This document shows, one piece after another, positions 9,079-19,142 of a stretch of DNA of 64,000 nt. Source of the stretch: Eubacteriales bacterium (GTDB lineage: Bacteria; Bacillota; Clostridia; Oscillospirales; CAG-382); assembly GCA_045651785.1 (NCBI GenBank), contig JAZRTE010000086.1, forward strand, positions 352-64,351. Reading direction: 5' to 3'. Made by a program: the position numbers and the translations under genes. The notes under the pieces are model-generated. The model saw only the letters and a program-made list of their open reading frames with translations. It had not been told where the DNA came from and made no database searches. How positions within the stretch are numbered: the stretch's first letter is position 1; every line of letters starts with the position of its first letter.

Positions 9079-11245
9079 TTAATACAATTCTTATTCTGTT
9101 TGAAAATGTGTCAACGTATCCGACATTCGAAGAATCATCAATTGCGGACTCTTTAAAATATACGTCGTTATACGAAGCGTTAAACAGACGCCCGCTAAAA
9201 TCATCAAAGATGGCAACATCGTAATTACCGGATGCGGGAAATCCGTTTAAAAAGATATTTATTGAATCTTCTTCGCTTGAAATAGAAAAATACGAGCCTT
9301 CGCCCAACATATCGTCCTTAATGAAAAGAAGCTCAAAATCATCAAGCTTAAATTCCAAAATATCTTCAAACTCAATTATATCATACTTCCTTTTATTTGC
9401 CAAGAATTTTATTTCATTATATATGTCAATTTCGTAAATATTTTTAGGTTTCGGCATATATATTTCAGAAATTGAAGTTCTTCCGCTGAAAAAACTGAAT
9501 TTATTATATGAATAGCTGTTATAATCGGTTAAAACGTATTTATCAACCGAGGTAAAACCGTTTTCAAAAACAACCGTCGGCTCAGAAGTATATCCCCCTG
9601 CCTCGAAAAATACGCTCGTCTCTTCATTTCTGAAAAATACATATTCTCCACCGTTTTCGCCGTATTCAACAACAGTAACACCATGATGATAAATATTATT
9701 TAAAAAACCGCAAAACACAATCGAAACGCAGAAAGAAACAGAAGCGATTGCAAAAACCTTGAAGCGATTTTTATGCAAAAACAACAGTGAGGCTATTATC
9801 AAGAGCGAAAACACACACGGAACAAAGATCCAATCGACGTACGAAGAAATCTTTCCAATATCCGATTTATGGATCAATTCGCTCAAGTCGGTTATGAAAT
9901 CAAAAATATAGCCTGCGGGAATCGCAATAATTTGCGCAAACGGCATATAAATCGCTGACACAAAAAAGGCAATAACTGCGAATACCAATGCATACGAAAA
10001 TATAGGAACAACGATTATATTGACAAGCGGAGATATGTAGGAAACAGAATCAAAGGTAGTAAGTATAACAAAGAAGGAAAATACAGTGGTTGAAAAAGAA
10101 ATTACTGCGGGTGTTATAACGGCATTCAAAAACGAATAATAAATTTTTAACAGCTTATTTTCGGTTAATTCACTCTTGATTTTGAAGTATTCATAAATAC
10201 GATCAATAATCGGTTCGGAAACTAAAATTGCCAGGCTGGCAAGAAAAGATAATTCTAAGCTTGCAGAGAATAACGAATAGGGATTGATCAACAATAACAC
10301 GCCGAGTGCAACAAATAGTATTGTAATGCTGTCCGAGCGTTTCAAAAATATTTTCGAAATCATTATAGCAAGAATCATTATCGACGCACGCGTTACACCG
10401 GGCGTAAAACCCACAAAGCACGCATACATCAAAACAACTGCACACGATGTGATACATGCTGCCCTTTTACCGAACGACAGTAAAATCAAAAGTCTGTGCA
10501 ACGTCATTGCGATAAGGGTTAAGTGTAATCCGCTTATTGCTAAAATATGAGAAATACCGCCGGAATTGTAAACAGAATATAGGTATGAATCAAGATCGCT
10601 TTTATCTCCGACCGTTACCGCCTTTGAAATCGGGCTAGCATATTCGAAACCGTCATACAGCCTTTCGGCTGATTCAGAAACAAAACGCCTTATATTATAA
10701 AACACTCCGTCGCCACGTTTCGTTTTTATGATCTCACCGTTAGCAGTCAAAGTAATGCCATGTGCCAAAAATTCTTCGCCGTCTTGCGCTTTATATTTTA
10801 CAAGGGCAGTTATCTCATCGCCTGCGATGAATGAATCATGCCTGTAATCAGTGTAAAGGCGTACCTTTTTGCCGCGTTCCACGCCAATGTCGGAGGATAT
10901 AACCTTTAAATCAAGTGCGTTTTCTTTAATCTCTACTATCTCGAACGTTGCACTGTCATCTCTGTAATTATATTGCACAGACGAAGATACGGAAAAATCA
11001 TACAAGCCAACACGAAAAACACCAAAAGAGAAAGCGGCAACCGCAAAGGTAGCCGCTAAAATCTTTTTTACGTTAAATTCTTTTCTTGCACGAGAAAAAT
11101 ATACAAATGCGCACAAAGAAAGCAGAGCAATTACAGAAAATATCGCGCACAAAGAGAAGGTGTCGACATTGAACACTTTAACGCCAAAAACAACACCAAT
11201 TGCAAAAATCGATACAGCAATTGCAATATAACGCTTTCCGAACAC
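9041..11245 (-). CDS. comEC: ComEC/Rec2 DNA internalisation competence protein
   Basis: 734 aa and polytopic, with the competence-domain motif (GISHILAISGLHL) and a C-terminal extracytoplasmic domain. GTG start with AAGGA upstream. Confidence 0.8.
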   Translation of the reverse strand: MFGKRYIAIAVSIFAIGVVFGVKVFNVDTFSLCAIFSVIALLSLCAFVYFSRARKEFNVKKILAATFAVAAFSFGVFRVGLYDFSVSSSVQYNYRDDSATFEIVEIKENALDLKVISSDIGVERGKKVRLYTDYRHDSFIAGDEITALVKYKAQDGEEFLAHGITLTANGEIIKTKRGDGVFYNIRRFVSESAERLYDGFEYASPISKAVTVGDKSDLDSYLYSVYNSGGISHILAISGLHLTLIAMTLHRLLILLSFGKRAACITSCAVVLMYACFVGFTPGVTRASIMILAIMISKIFLKRSDSITILFVALGVLLLINPYSLFSASLELSFLASLAILVSEPIIDRIYEYFKIKSELTENKLLKIYYSFLNAVITPAVISFSTTVFSFFVILTTFDSVSYISPLVNIIVVPIFSYALVFAVIAFFVSAIYMPFAQIIAIPAGYIFDFITDLSELIHKSDIGKISSYVDWIFVPCVFSLLIIASLLFLHKNRFKVFAIASVSFCVSIVFCGFLNNIYHHGVTVVEYGENGGEYVFFRNEETSVFFEAGGYTSEPTVVFENGFTSVDKYVLTDYNSYSYNKFSFFSGRTSISEIYMPKPKNIYEIDIYNEIKFLANKRKYDIIEFEDILEFKLDDFELLFIKDDMLGEGSYFSISSEEDSINIFLNGFPASGNYDVAIFDDFSGRLFNASYNDVYFKESAIDDSSNVGYVDTFSNRIRIVLNDGENERQIYEP

Positions 11246-11261
11246 GTTGACAATTCCTTAT

Positions 11262-11600
11262 TTATGCAAGTTTAATAGGAAGCTTTTCGCCACCCAAAAT
11301 ATGAAAATGAAGGTGCTTAACGCTTTGACCGCCGTCTTCGCCAACATTGGTAATAACCCTATAACCGTTTGCAAGCCCGCATTCCTTTGCTACGACGGGA
11401 ATCGCCTCGATAACCCTTGCGATAGCGCAAAGATTAGACGAATCAGCGCAATCGATAGAATCGATATGGACTTTAGGAACAACAAGAACGTGAACAGCCG
11501 CATTAGGATTAATGTCCTTAAACGCATACACGTATTCATTTTCATAAACCTTTGAAGAAGGAATATCGCCGTTGATTATTTTACAAAACAAGCAATCCAT
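11262..11600 (-). CDS. HIT-family (histidine triad) nucleotide hydrolase
   Basis: 112 aa with CLFCKI and the HLHFHILGG histidine-triad motif. AAGGAG lies 7 nt upstream. Confidence 0.9.
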   Translation of the reverse strand: MDCLFCKIINGDIPSSKVYENEYVYAFKDINPNAAVHVLVVPKVHIDSIDCADSSNLCAIARVIEAIPVVAKECGLANGYRVITNVGEDGGQSVKHLHFHILGGEKLPIKLA

Positions 11601-11611
11601 AGATATGCTCC

Positions 11612-14245
11612 TTACTTAATTTGCGATGCAAGAATATTTTCCGCTTCAGCAAGTGCATCGGGGATCTTGGTTGCATCCTTACCGCCGGAAGAAGCACTGT
11701 TAGGTCTACCACCGCCGCCACCGCCTACGATAGGAGAAATTGCTTTGAGAAGGTTACCGGCATGCGCACCGTTTTTAACAGCGGCAACACCGCAAGCCGA
11801 AACCAAGAGAACCTTGCCTTCGTTTACGGTAGAAAATACGCAAACGGCATTTTCGTCTTTCGCAACGATCTTATCGGCAGAATCGCGCAATGCATCAACA
11901 GTCGCGCCGTCGAAGCTTGCTCTTACAAGCTTTGCACCCTTAACGTCAACAGCATCCGCATACGCCTTGTCAACTGCTTCCGAAGCTGCCTTGAGATTCA
12001 TAGCGTCAAGCTCTTTCTTAAGGCGCTTTGTTTCTTCAAGAAGCTGTTCGGATTTATGAATAATATCGTCCTTGCTAACAGCCTTTACTGTCTTTTTAAC
12101 TTCTTCGAGAAGCTTTTCTTCGCTACGCATAGCAGAAAGAGTGTTGATACCGGTTGTAAGCTCAATTCTTCTTACACCTGCAGCAACGGACGCTTCGGAA
12201 ACTATACGCATAAGGCCAAGACAACCCGTTGCGGAAACGTGAGTACCGCCGCAAAGCTCAACCGAATAATCGCCCATCGAAACTACACGAACCAACGAAC
12301 CGTATTTTTCACCAAACAAAGCCATCGCGCCCTTTGCACGCGCTTCATCGGGAGTCATAATATCGGTATTAACATTTACGTTTTCAAGGATTTGAGCGTT
12401 AACCGCATCTTCAACCGCAAGAAGCTCTTCGGAGGTAAGAGCAGAACCGTGAGTAAAGTCGAATCTGCCGCGTTCTTCTGTTACATAAGAGCCTGCCTGT
12501 TCAACGTGAGTACCCAAAACCTTACGAAGCGCCGCTTGGAGAAGGTGGAGTGCAGAGTGGTTACGGCGAATAGCATTTCTTCTGCATACGTCGATCTTTG
12601 CAACTGCTTTTCCCTTTTCGAGAGTGCCTTCTTCAACGAAACCGATATGCAAATACTGACCTTCGGGAGTTTTTTGAGTATCGGTAACCACAAATCGACA
12701 TTTATCGGTAACGATAACACCGGTGTCGCCAACCTGTCCGCCGCCTTCGGCATAGAAGGGAGTTTTATCGGTAATTACGGTTGCATTTCCGCCAGCGAGG
12801 AATCCAACGTCTTCACCATCGGAAATGATGTATTCGATATTACATTCGCATTCGTTATCGGTATAACCGACAAATTCGGTAGGCTTAGATTTATCGATCA
12901 TTGCGAGAGCATCGCCTGCCCAACCTGCATCGATATTCGCTCTTGCTTCTCTTGCGCGCTTCTTCTGTTCCTGCATCAAAGCGCGGAATGCTTCCTCATC
13001 AACGAAAATGCCCTTTTCTTCGGTAATTTCCTTGGTAAGGTCAATCGGGAATCCATAGGTATCATAAAGCTTGAAAACATTTTCGCCGGAAAGAACCTTT
13101 TCACCGCTTGCTTCGGTTTCGGCAATCATTTTCGAAAGGATCGAAAGACCTGCATCGAGTGTTTGTGCAAAGCGATCCTCTTCTGCTTTAATAGTCTTTT
13201 TAATATACTCCTTGCGTTCGGAAAGTTCGGGATATGCGCCGCAATTGTTTGCGATTACAACGTCGCAAACGTCACCGAGGAACGTACCCTTAATGCCGAG
13301 AAGTCTACCGTGTCGAGCCGCACGGCGAAGAACACGGCGAAGAATATATCCTCTGCCTTCATTGGAAGGAATAACGCCGTCGCCGATAAGGAAGGTAGCG
13401 GTCTTGATATGGTCGGTAATTACGCGGATAGACACGTCATTATCAGACGAGCTGCCCTGATATTCCTTACCGCAAAGCTCACAAACCTTATTTAGAATGC
13501 TTCTGTTGGTATCAACCTCAAAGAGGTTACCAACATCCTGCATAACACACGCAAGTCTTTCCAGACCCATACCCGTGTCGATATTGGGATGAGCGAGTCT
13601 TGTGTATGTACCGTTTCCGTCACTGTCAAATTGAGTGAATACTATGTTCCAAACCTCGATAAATCTGTCGCAATCGCAACCGACCTTGCAATCGGGCTTG
13701 CCGCAACCGTATTTTTCGCCGCGGTCAAAATAGATTTCGGAGCAAGGACCGCAAGGACCCGAACCTATTTCCCAGAAGTTGTCCTCCTTGCCGAAACGAA
13801 CTATACGTTCTGCAGGGATGCCGTTTTTAACCCAAATATCAAACGCTTCATCATCTTCAAGATAGATGCTGGGATATAGTCTGTCCTCGGGAATGCCCAT
13901 CACCTTTGTAAGGAACTCCCAAGCCCACGGAATCGCTTCTTCCTTGAAGTAATCGCCAAACGAAAAGTTACCGAGCATTTCAAAGAAGGTGCCGTGACGT
14001 GCGGTCTTGCCAACATTATCGATATCAAGAGTACGTACACACTTTTGGCAGGTGGTCACGCGCTTACGCGGCGGCACGCGTTCACCGGTGAAATACTTTT
14101 TGAGCGGTGCCATACCTGCATTGATAAGAAGCAAGGAATCGTCATCCTGCGGAACAAGGGGAAAAGAATTCATGCAAAGGTGGCCCTTGCTTTCAAAAAA
14201 TTCAAGATATTTTTTACGAATTTCATTAAGTGAAATGGGTTGCAT
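11612..14245 (-). CDS. alaS: Alanine--tRNA ligase
   Basis: 877 aa with the class II AlaRS core (FTNAGM-like INAGMAP, FFEMLGNFSFGDYFK), the editing-domain HxxxH/CxxxH motif (HSALHLL ... CGGTHV) and a C-terminal DHHA1 GGGGG motif. Confidence 0.97.
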   Translation of the reverse strand: MQPISLNEIRKKYLEFFESKGHLCMNSFPLVPQDDDSLLLINAGMAPLKKYFTGERVPPRKRVTTCQKCVRTLDIDNVGKTARHGTFFEMLGNFSFGDYFKEEAIPWAWEFLTKVMGIPEDRLYPSIYLEDDEAFDIWVKNGIPAERIVRFGKEDNFWEIGSGPCGPCSEIYFDRGEKYGCGKPDCKVGCDCDRFIEVWNIVFTQFDSDGNGTYTRLAHPNIDTGMGLERLACVMQDVGNLFEVDTNRSILNKVCELCGKEYQGSSSDNDVSIRVITDHIKTATFLIGDGVIPSNEGRGYILRRVLRRAARHGRLLGIKGTFLGDVCDVVIANNCGAYPELSERKEYIKKTIKAEEDRFAQTLDAGLSILSKMIAETEASGEKVLSGENVFKLYDTYGFPIDLTKEITEEKGIFVDEEAFRALMQEQKKRAREARANIDAGWAGDALAMIDKSKPTEFVGYTDNECECNIEYIISDGEDVGFLAGGNATVITDKTPFYAEGGGQVGDTGVIVTDKCRFVVTDTQKTPEGQYLHIGFVEEGTLEKGKAVAKIDVCRRNAIRRNHSALHLLQAALRKVLGTHVEQAGSYVTEERGRFDFTHGSALTSEELLAVEDAVNAQILENVNVNTDIMTPDEARAKGAMALFGEKYGSLVRVVSMGDYSVELCGGTHVSATGCLGLMRIVSEASVAAGVRRIELTTGINTLSAMRSEEKLLEEVKKTVKAVSKDDIIHKSEQLLEETKRLKKELDAMNLKAASEAVDKAYADAVDVKGAKLVRASFDGATVDALRDSADKIVAKDENAVCVFSTVNEGKVLLVSACGVAAVKNGAHAGNLLKAISPIVGGGGGGRPNSASSGGKDATKIPDALAEAENILASQIK

Positions 14246-14284
14246 TTTATTTATGATCCTTTCAGATTTTTAAACGATTTTAAA

Positions 14285-15139
14285 TTATTCCGAAACCGCG
14301 GACGCCGCCGAGGATTCATCGGGGGTAATAATTATTGCCGGAACGTCCTTGGAGGTGCTCCAACGGATGCCTTTATCGGCGCAGTACTGCTTCGCATTGG
14401 AATCTTCTGCAGAAATAACCGCAAGCTTTTCACAGCCTTCAAACACATAATCTCCGATGGAGATATCCGGATTGTTTATCGAAATGAATTCAAGATTTTC
14501 ACATCCGTCAAAAGCGCGGGCTTGAACCTCCGTCACGTTGGAAGGTATCGTGAATTCTTTGATCGAACTGCAATAAGAAAACGCGCGCACACCGATCTCT
14601 GTGATCTTGGAAGGAATTATGACAGTTTCAAGTGATTCGCAACGATTAAAACAAAAGGCGGGAATTTCCGTAACGCCGCTTCCGAAGGAGATTGATTCAA
14701 GTGAGTTACACCATGCAAATGCACGGTTGCCGATGGAAGTAACGGAATCCGGTATACGAATAGATTCCAGTTTATCGGCATAATAGAATGCACTTTCTTC
14801 TATCATTTCAACCGAGCTCGGAATCTTGACGGAAACGATACTCACATCTGTTTCATAAAAGCAAAGCGAGCCGATAACCTTTACTGCTTTACCGTCAATA
14901 ACCGACGGAATAACGACTTCACCATTGCCATCCTTTGCCTTATACTTTGTAATCTTAATGTATTCTTTATACACATCGTATGCAAAATCATCATTTTCCG
15001 CAGACGTTATATAGTCATCGGGCATTCTGGATTCTTCAACACCGGTGACCGCCGTTTTTGCTTTTTTCAAAATAGTGTCGCACGAGCAGAGTGTTACACA
15101 TATCAATGCAACAAGCAATAAAAGCAAGAATCTTTTCAT
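14285..15139 (-). CDS. BspA-type leucine-rich-repeat lipoprotein
   Basis: Start moved to the ATG at 15139, giving MKRFLLLLLVALICVTLCSC (signal peptide plus lipobox Cys). The body is tandem ~23-aa LRR_5-type repeats (IP.SVT.IG..AF..C..L). Confidence 0.8.
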   Translation of the reverse strand: MKRFLLLLLVALICVTLCSCDTILKKAKTAVTGVEESRMPDDYITSAENDDFAYDVYKEYIKITKYKAKDGNGEVVIPSVIDGKAVKVIGSLCFYETDVSIVSVKIPSSVEMIEESAFYYADKLESIRIPDSVTSIGNRAFAWCNSLESISFGSGVTEIPAFCFNRCESLETVIIPSKITEIGVRAFSYCSSIKEFTIPSNVTEVQARAFDGCENLEFISINNPDISIGDYVFEGCEKLAVISAEDSNAKQYCADKGIRWSTSKDVPAIIITPDESSAASAVSE

Positions 15140-15230
15140 CAAGCATATTCCTTTCGGGTATTTCCTATCAATTATAACACCAAGTATGCATTTTGTCAAT
15201 TTACATTACAAGAAAAAACACAGATTTTTA

Positions 15231-15259
15231 TTGACAATATAAGAAATAAAGTTTAAAAT
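15231..15259 (+). promoter_or_regulatory. Putative sigma-A promoter of the epimerase/SGNH operon
   Basis: TTGACA, 17 nt spacer, TAAAAT, located 38 nt upstream of the 15297 start codon. Confidence 0.45.
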
Positions 15260-15296
15260 ACAGTTGACTAAATAATTTCAAGGAAGGTTTATTACT

Positions 15297-16517
15297 ATGG
15301 ATAAGGCAACATTCGCATCCTATCGCAAATTTTATAACGACCAGCTTATGAAGGACTGTATCCCCTTTTGGATGAACAGCGACCTTATTGACAAGGAAAA
15401 CGGTGGCTATATCACCAGTGTAGACAGAGAAGGCAAAGCATACAACACCGATAAATCGGGTTGGTTCCAAGGCAGATGTCTTTGGACTTTCTCGCGTCTT
15501 TGCAACATTTACGGCATCAAGCCCGAATGGGAAGAAGCTGCGAAGCTTGGTAAAGACTTTATTGACAAGCATATCGCCGATACAGACGGCAGAATGTATT
15601 TCACCCTCACAAAGGAAGGTCTTCCTTTGAGAAAACGTCGTTATTTCTTCACCGAAAGCTTTTACGTTCTCTCGATGGCTGAATATTCGGTAATGAGCGG
15701 CGACAAGGAGGCTCTTCGCAAGGCAGAAGAATGCTTTGAAATGATGCTCGCTATTTTCCGCGACGGCAACGCAGACCCTTATAAGATCACTCCCAAGGGA
15801 ATCGCATCCACCCGTGAAGACCGTGCTGTTTCTTACCCCATGGTACTTATCAGTAGCGCGCAAACCTTGCGTCGTGCCGATCCCGAAAAGGCAGAATATT
15901 ACACCAAGGTCGCTCAGGAAATGGCGGATATCATAATCAACATCCACTACAAGCCCGAGCTCGGCTGTGTTCTTGAAACCGTTGGTCCTAACGGTGAATT
16001 CATCGACAATCCCGCAGGCAGAACCATAAATCCCGGTCACTCTATGGAAAACAGCTGGTTCCTTATGAACCAAGCTATCTATACCGGCGACAAGGAGCTT
16101 CTCGCAAACGCTCTTAAGATTTTGGACGTTTCACTTGAGTGGGGCTGGGACAAGGAATACGGCGGATTTATTTACTTCACCGACGTAAGCGGTCGCCCCT
16201 GTGAACAGCTTGAACACGATATGAAGCTTTGGTGGGTTCACAACGAAGCATGTATCGCTACCCTTCTCGCTTACAGTATCACAGGCGATGAAAAGTATTG
16301 GAAATGGTTCGAAAAAGCTCACTTCTATGCATTCGGCCACTTTGCTGATAAAGAATACGGCGAATGGTACGGTTATCTCCATAAGGACGGCACCGTTTCC
16401 CATACCCAAAAGGGTTCTATGTGGAAGGGTCCGTTCCACCATCCCAGATTCCTTATGTGCTGCGAACACATCTTCGCTTGTCTTGAAGAAGGCGTTCCCG
16501 TTAAATCACTCCTTTAA
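15297..16517 (+). CDS. AGE-family (N-acylglucosamine 2-epimerase / cellobiose 2-epimerase-like) isomerase
   Basis: 406 aa with alpha/alpha-barrel style repeats (GGY..S.DREG, KSGWFQGR, PGHSMENSWF, WWVHNEA, GEWYGYL) typical of the AGE superfamily. Confidence 0.75.
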   Translation: MDKATFASYRKFYNDQLMKDCIPFWMNSDLIDKENGGYITSVDREGKAYNTDKSGWFQGRCLWTFSRLCNIYGIKPEWEEAAKLGKDFIDKHIADTDGRMYFTLTKEGLPLRKRRYFFTESFYVLSMAEYSVMSGDKEALRKAEECFEMMLAIFRDGNADPYKITPKGIASTREDRAVSYPMVLISSAQTLRRADPEKAEYYTKVAQEMADIIINIHYKPELGCVLETVGPNGEFIDNPAGRTINPGHSMENSWFLMNQAIYTGDKELLANALKILDVSLEWGWDKEYGGFIYFTDVSGRPCEQLEHDMKLWWVHNEACIATLLAYSITGDEKYWKWFEKAHFYAFGHFADKEYGEWYGYLHKDGTVSHTQKGSMWKGPFHHPRFLMCCEHIFACLEEGVPVKSLL

Positions 16518-16540
16518 TCTTGCGATTTAAGGTGTTTGTT

Positions 16541-18793
16541 ATGAAAAAAATCACATTCATTCTGTGCATAGCTTTATTGCTTTCGGTTTTTGCTCCCGCA
16601 GCTCTTGCCGAAGACTACGGAAGCGGCACAAAGAAGCTTTTGATCACTCATATTAATGTAAATTATGCAGAATATGAGGGCGCCGGAGTTATTTACTCAT
16701 CCTCAACCGACGGTACCATTAAACCTTACGGTACCTTCAATTGGTGGAACGTGGTTGTATTCAAATGGGACAGTGCAGAAAAATGCTATGTAGTCGAAAG
16801 CGTTAACACCGCAATGAACGTTTCGAAGGAAACTACCCAAATCCCCGCTAACGGTTTTGTATACTGTTGTAATACCGGTAATGATTATCCCGCGCTGGGC
16901 GACAACAGCAAGCCGAACTACACTACCAAGGAAATGAACGATACATGTGCGTTCGTTTCCTCATTAAAGACAGGCGACAAGGCTTACCTTTACGGTGCAG
17001 ATCTTCTTAACGGAGTCGTTGATACAAACGGCGAATTGTGGTATGACGCCAATTATGAAAGCAACGCTTTTATTAAGATCGGATCGGAAGAAAGCGGCCT
17101 TAAAGCATATAACCCTGAAACCGCTGCCGAAAAGAAGCCTACCGTCAGGCTCGGTATAAACGCAATCAACGGAGGCATAGGTGAGGGTCAGGCAATGATC
17201 CTTACCCCCTCTTATGCAAAAACCATATCGGAAAAGAACAACAACTACAGCTGGTGTGCCGTTGCAGTTTTCGATTGGAACGAAAAAGATAACGCATACG
17301 TTTTGATTTCACGAGATACGTCCGTTGGCAACGGTATGCAGAAAAACGCGATCATCCCTCCGAACGGTTTTGCGGTATCTGTAAATAAGGGTAACAATTA
17401 TCCTGCCTTGGGAGATAACTCCAAACCGAATTATGTTAACCAAACCGCAACAACCTTTTATGATAAAATCGCAACCATAGATATAGGCTCCAAGGTTTAT
17501 CTTGAGGGTATCGATCTCGCGAAGAATACCATAAAATACGAAGGCGATGCCAAGTTTTATTACGATTCTTCAAAATACAAAACCAAGGCATTCCTGGTTT
17601 TCGGTGACGAAAAGCCCGAAAATTGCTATACCCCCGATACCAAGAATCACCTCCCTACTCCCGAAATCATAAACACCGATGAATTTTGCGGACACGGCGA
17701 CCTTGAAATAAAGTGGAACGAAGTCGAGGGTGCTTCCAAATATTTTGTTTCGGTTTTAAACAGCACAATAAACACAAACGGAGCGAATGTTATTACAAAG
17801 GAAACCACCGATACCTTTGTTAAGATTCCCAAAGCATCGCTTAACGTAGGCTCGAAATACACCGTAAACATTTATGCCGCAAGCAATTCCGGTGCTTCTT
17901 CGGTTGCTGTATATGATTTTGTTGTATGTAGCGAACGCGCATTAAACAGCCCCTTCAAAGGCAAGACCGTGGTAGCTTTCGGCGATAGCATTACCGCCTG
18001 GAAGGGCTGGGTATCAATGATGTACGGCGAGATCGGCACCGACGTTATTAATTCCGGTGTCGGCGGCGATACAACAGTCCACGCTCTCAACAGAATCCAA
18101 AAAGACGTTATTGAAAAGAACCCCGATCTGGTAATCGTCAACTTCGGTATGAACGACCAAGCGGTCAATCCCTCAACCGGTAAGAACCTTACCCCAATTG
18201 AAAAGTACGAAGAAAATTACAGAACAATTATCGATAAGATTCTTGCAACCGGCTCCGATGTTATCCTCGTTGCAGTGCACGACGTATGCGATTCTAAATA
18301 CGGCGGAGGTCAACCCACATATAACGCAAAGGATTCTCAAGGAGTTGGTTATGTCGACCGATTCAACGAAGTTGTCAAGAAGCTTGCGGATGAATACAAG
18401 CTCGGATTCTTAGACATCAACTCCCTTGCAGAAAAACAGTTGGATTCAATGATTCTTGACGGCATACACCTTAACGATAAGGGTCAGGAAAATTACTGCA
18501 AGTGGATTTCGGATTATTGTTTTGAATATGCTGAAAAAACCGATTTCGGCAACAATACCTCCGATAATGTTTCGAGCAACGTATCCGATAGCGACATTTC
18601 AAATGATACCCCCAAAACTTCGGACGTCATTTCCGAAAAGGAAGAGGCATCCGATGATGCATCTGATTCCGTCGCAACGTCAGATGACGGCATGAGCTCG
18701 ATCGAAATTGCAATAGCAACGATCGTTATGTTCATCGGCATTTCTGTTATCGGCGTTATGTTCATCAAGGTCATCAAGAAAAACAAACACTAA
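16541..18793 (+). CDS. Secreted, C-terminally membrane-anchored SGNH/GDSL hydrolase with duplicated N-terminal domains
   Basis: Start moved to MKKITFILCIALLL... (signal peptide ending AALA). It has two ~170-aa paralogous modules, an Fn3-like segment and an SGNH block I (VVAFGDSIT). Ser/Asp-rich linker and final TM helix follow. Confidence 0.8.
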   Translation: MKKITFILCIALLLSVFAPAALAEDYGSGTKKLLITHINVNYAEYEGAGVIYSSSTDGTIKPYGTFNWWNVVVFKWDSAEKCYVVESVNTAMNVSKETTQIPANGFVYCCNTGNDYPALGDNSKPNYTTKEMNDTCAFVSSLKTGDKAYLYGADLLNGVVDTNGELWYDANYESNAFIKIGSEESGLKAYNPETAAEKKPTVRLGINAINGGIGEGQAMILTPSYAKTISEKNNNYSWCAVAVFDWNEKDNAYVLISRDTSVGNGMQKNAIIPPNGFAVSVNKGNNYPALGDNSKPNYVNQTATTFYDKIATIDIGSKVYLEGIDLAKNTIKYEGDAKFYYDSSKYKTKAFLVFGDEKPENCYTPDTKNHLPTPEIINTDEFCGHGDLEIKWNEVEGASKYFVSVLNSTINTNGANVITKETTDTFVKIPKASLNVGSKYTVNIYAASNSGASSVAVYDFVVCSERALNSPFKGKTVVAFGDSITAWKGWVSMMYGEIGTDVINSGVGGDTTVHALNRIQKDVIEKNPDLVIVNFGMNDQAVNPSTGKNLTPIEKYEENYRTIIDKILATGSDVILVAVHDVCDSKYGGGQPTYNAKDSQGVGYVDRFNEVVKKLADEYKLGFLDINSLAEKQLDSMILDGIHLNDKGQENYCKWISDYCFEYAEKTDFGNNTSDNVSSNVSDSDISNDTPKTSDVISEKEEASDDASDSVATSDDGMSSIEIAIATIVMFIGISVIGVMFIKVIKKNKH

Positions 18794-18804
18794 CAATTTT
18801 CACG

Positions 18805-18834
18805 AAAGGCCGAGCAATCGGCCTTTTGTTTTTC
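18805..18834 (+). terminator. Intrinsic terminator after the SGNH hydrolase gene
   Basis: AAAGGCCGA-gcaa-TCGGCCTTT followed by TGTTTTT. Confidence 0.7.
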
Positions 18835-18989
18835 CCGCATCCTTCGCAAACGAATAATTTCTTAAAACGCATTACTTTAGAATATCCTTTTCCGAAAGAC
18901 TATATGTTAATAATATGGAATTTGTTACAATTTAATAAAAGCGACAACGCAAAATCGCTCTATTTAAGCAACTTTTTTATTAAAAACTA

Positions 18990-19018
18990 TTGATTTTTCT
19001 TGATTTTCGTGATATAAT
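18990..19018 (+). promoter_or_regulatory. Putative rpsB-tsf promoter with extended -10
   Basis: TTGATT, 17 nt spacer, TATAAT, with TGa immediately upstream of the -10. This leaves a ~118-nt 5' UTR before rpsB. Confidence 0.55.
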
Positions 19019-19142
19019 TCATAGGATTTTGCGAAAGGCAAAAATACACACACCGTATATGCTTGCTCGGGTGCACTTAACGTGTTATTAGGCAGGTAAA
19101 TTCAAAATGCGGTGGCGGGTAAGAAACCCGAAGGAGAAAGAC

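Noticed and set aside
11621-13495. 624-aa plus-strand ORF and other long ORFs antisense to annotated genes, including 262..1236 (+), 15228..16073 (-), 19884..20840 (-), 40301..40969 (+), 55218..56126 (+) and 58624..59298 (+).
   Set aside because: Each lies entirely inside, and antisense to, a gene with unmistakable family motifs (alaS, the CofE-like gene, the AGE epimerase, tsf, the hydrogenase, M42, murD). Their translations are low-complexity or Cys/Arg-rich with no SD, as expected for shadow ORFs.
14246-14284. A T-box or other leader upstream of alaS.
   Set aside because: Only 39 nt separate alaS from the stop of the upstream LRR gene, which is too short for a T-box. No conserved T-box core is present.
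18835-19142. The long (~118 nt) rpsB 5' UTR as a ribosomal-protein autoregulatory leader.
   Set aside because: The UTR length is suggestive, but I could not identify a convincing conserved structure by eye, and I do not recall a defined S2 leader motif for Clostridia. I left it unannotated apart from the promoter.
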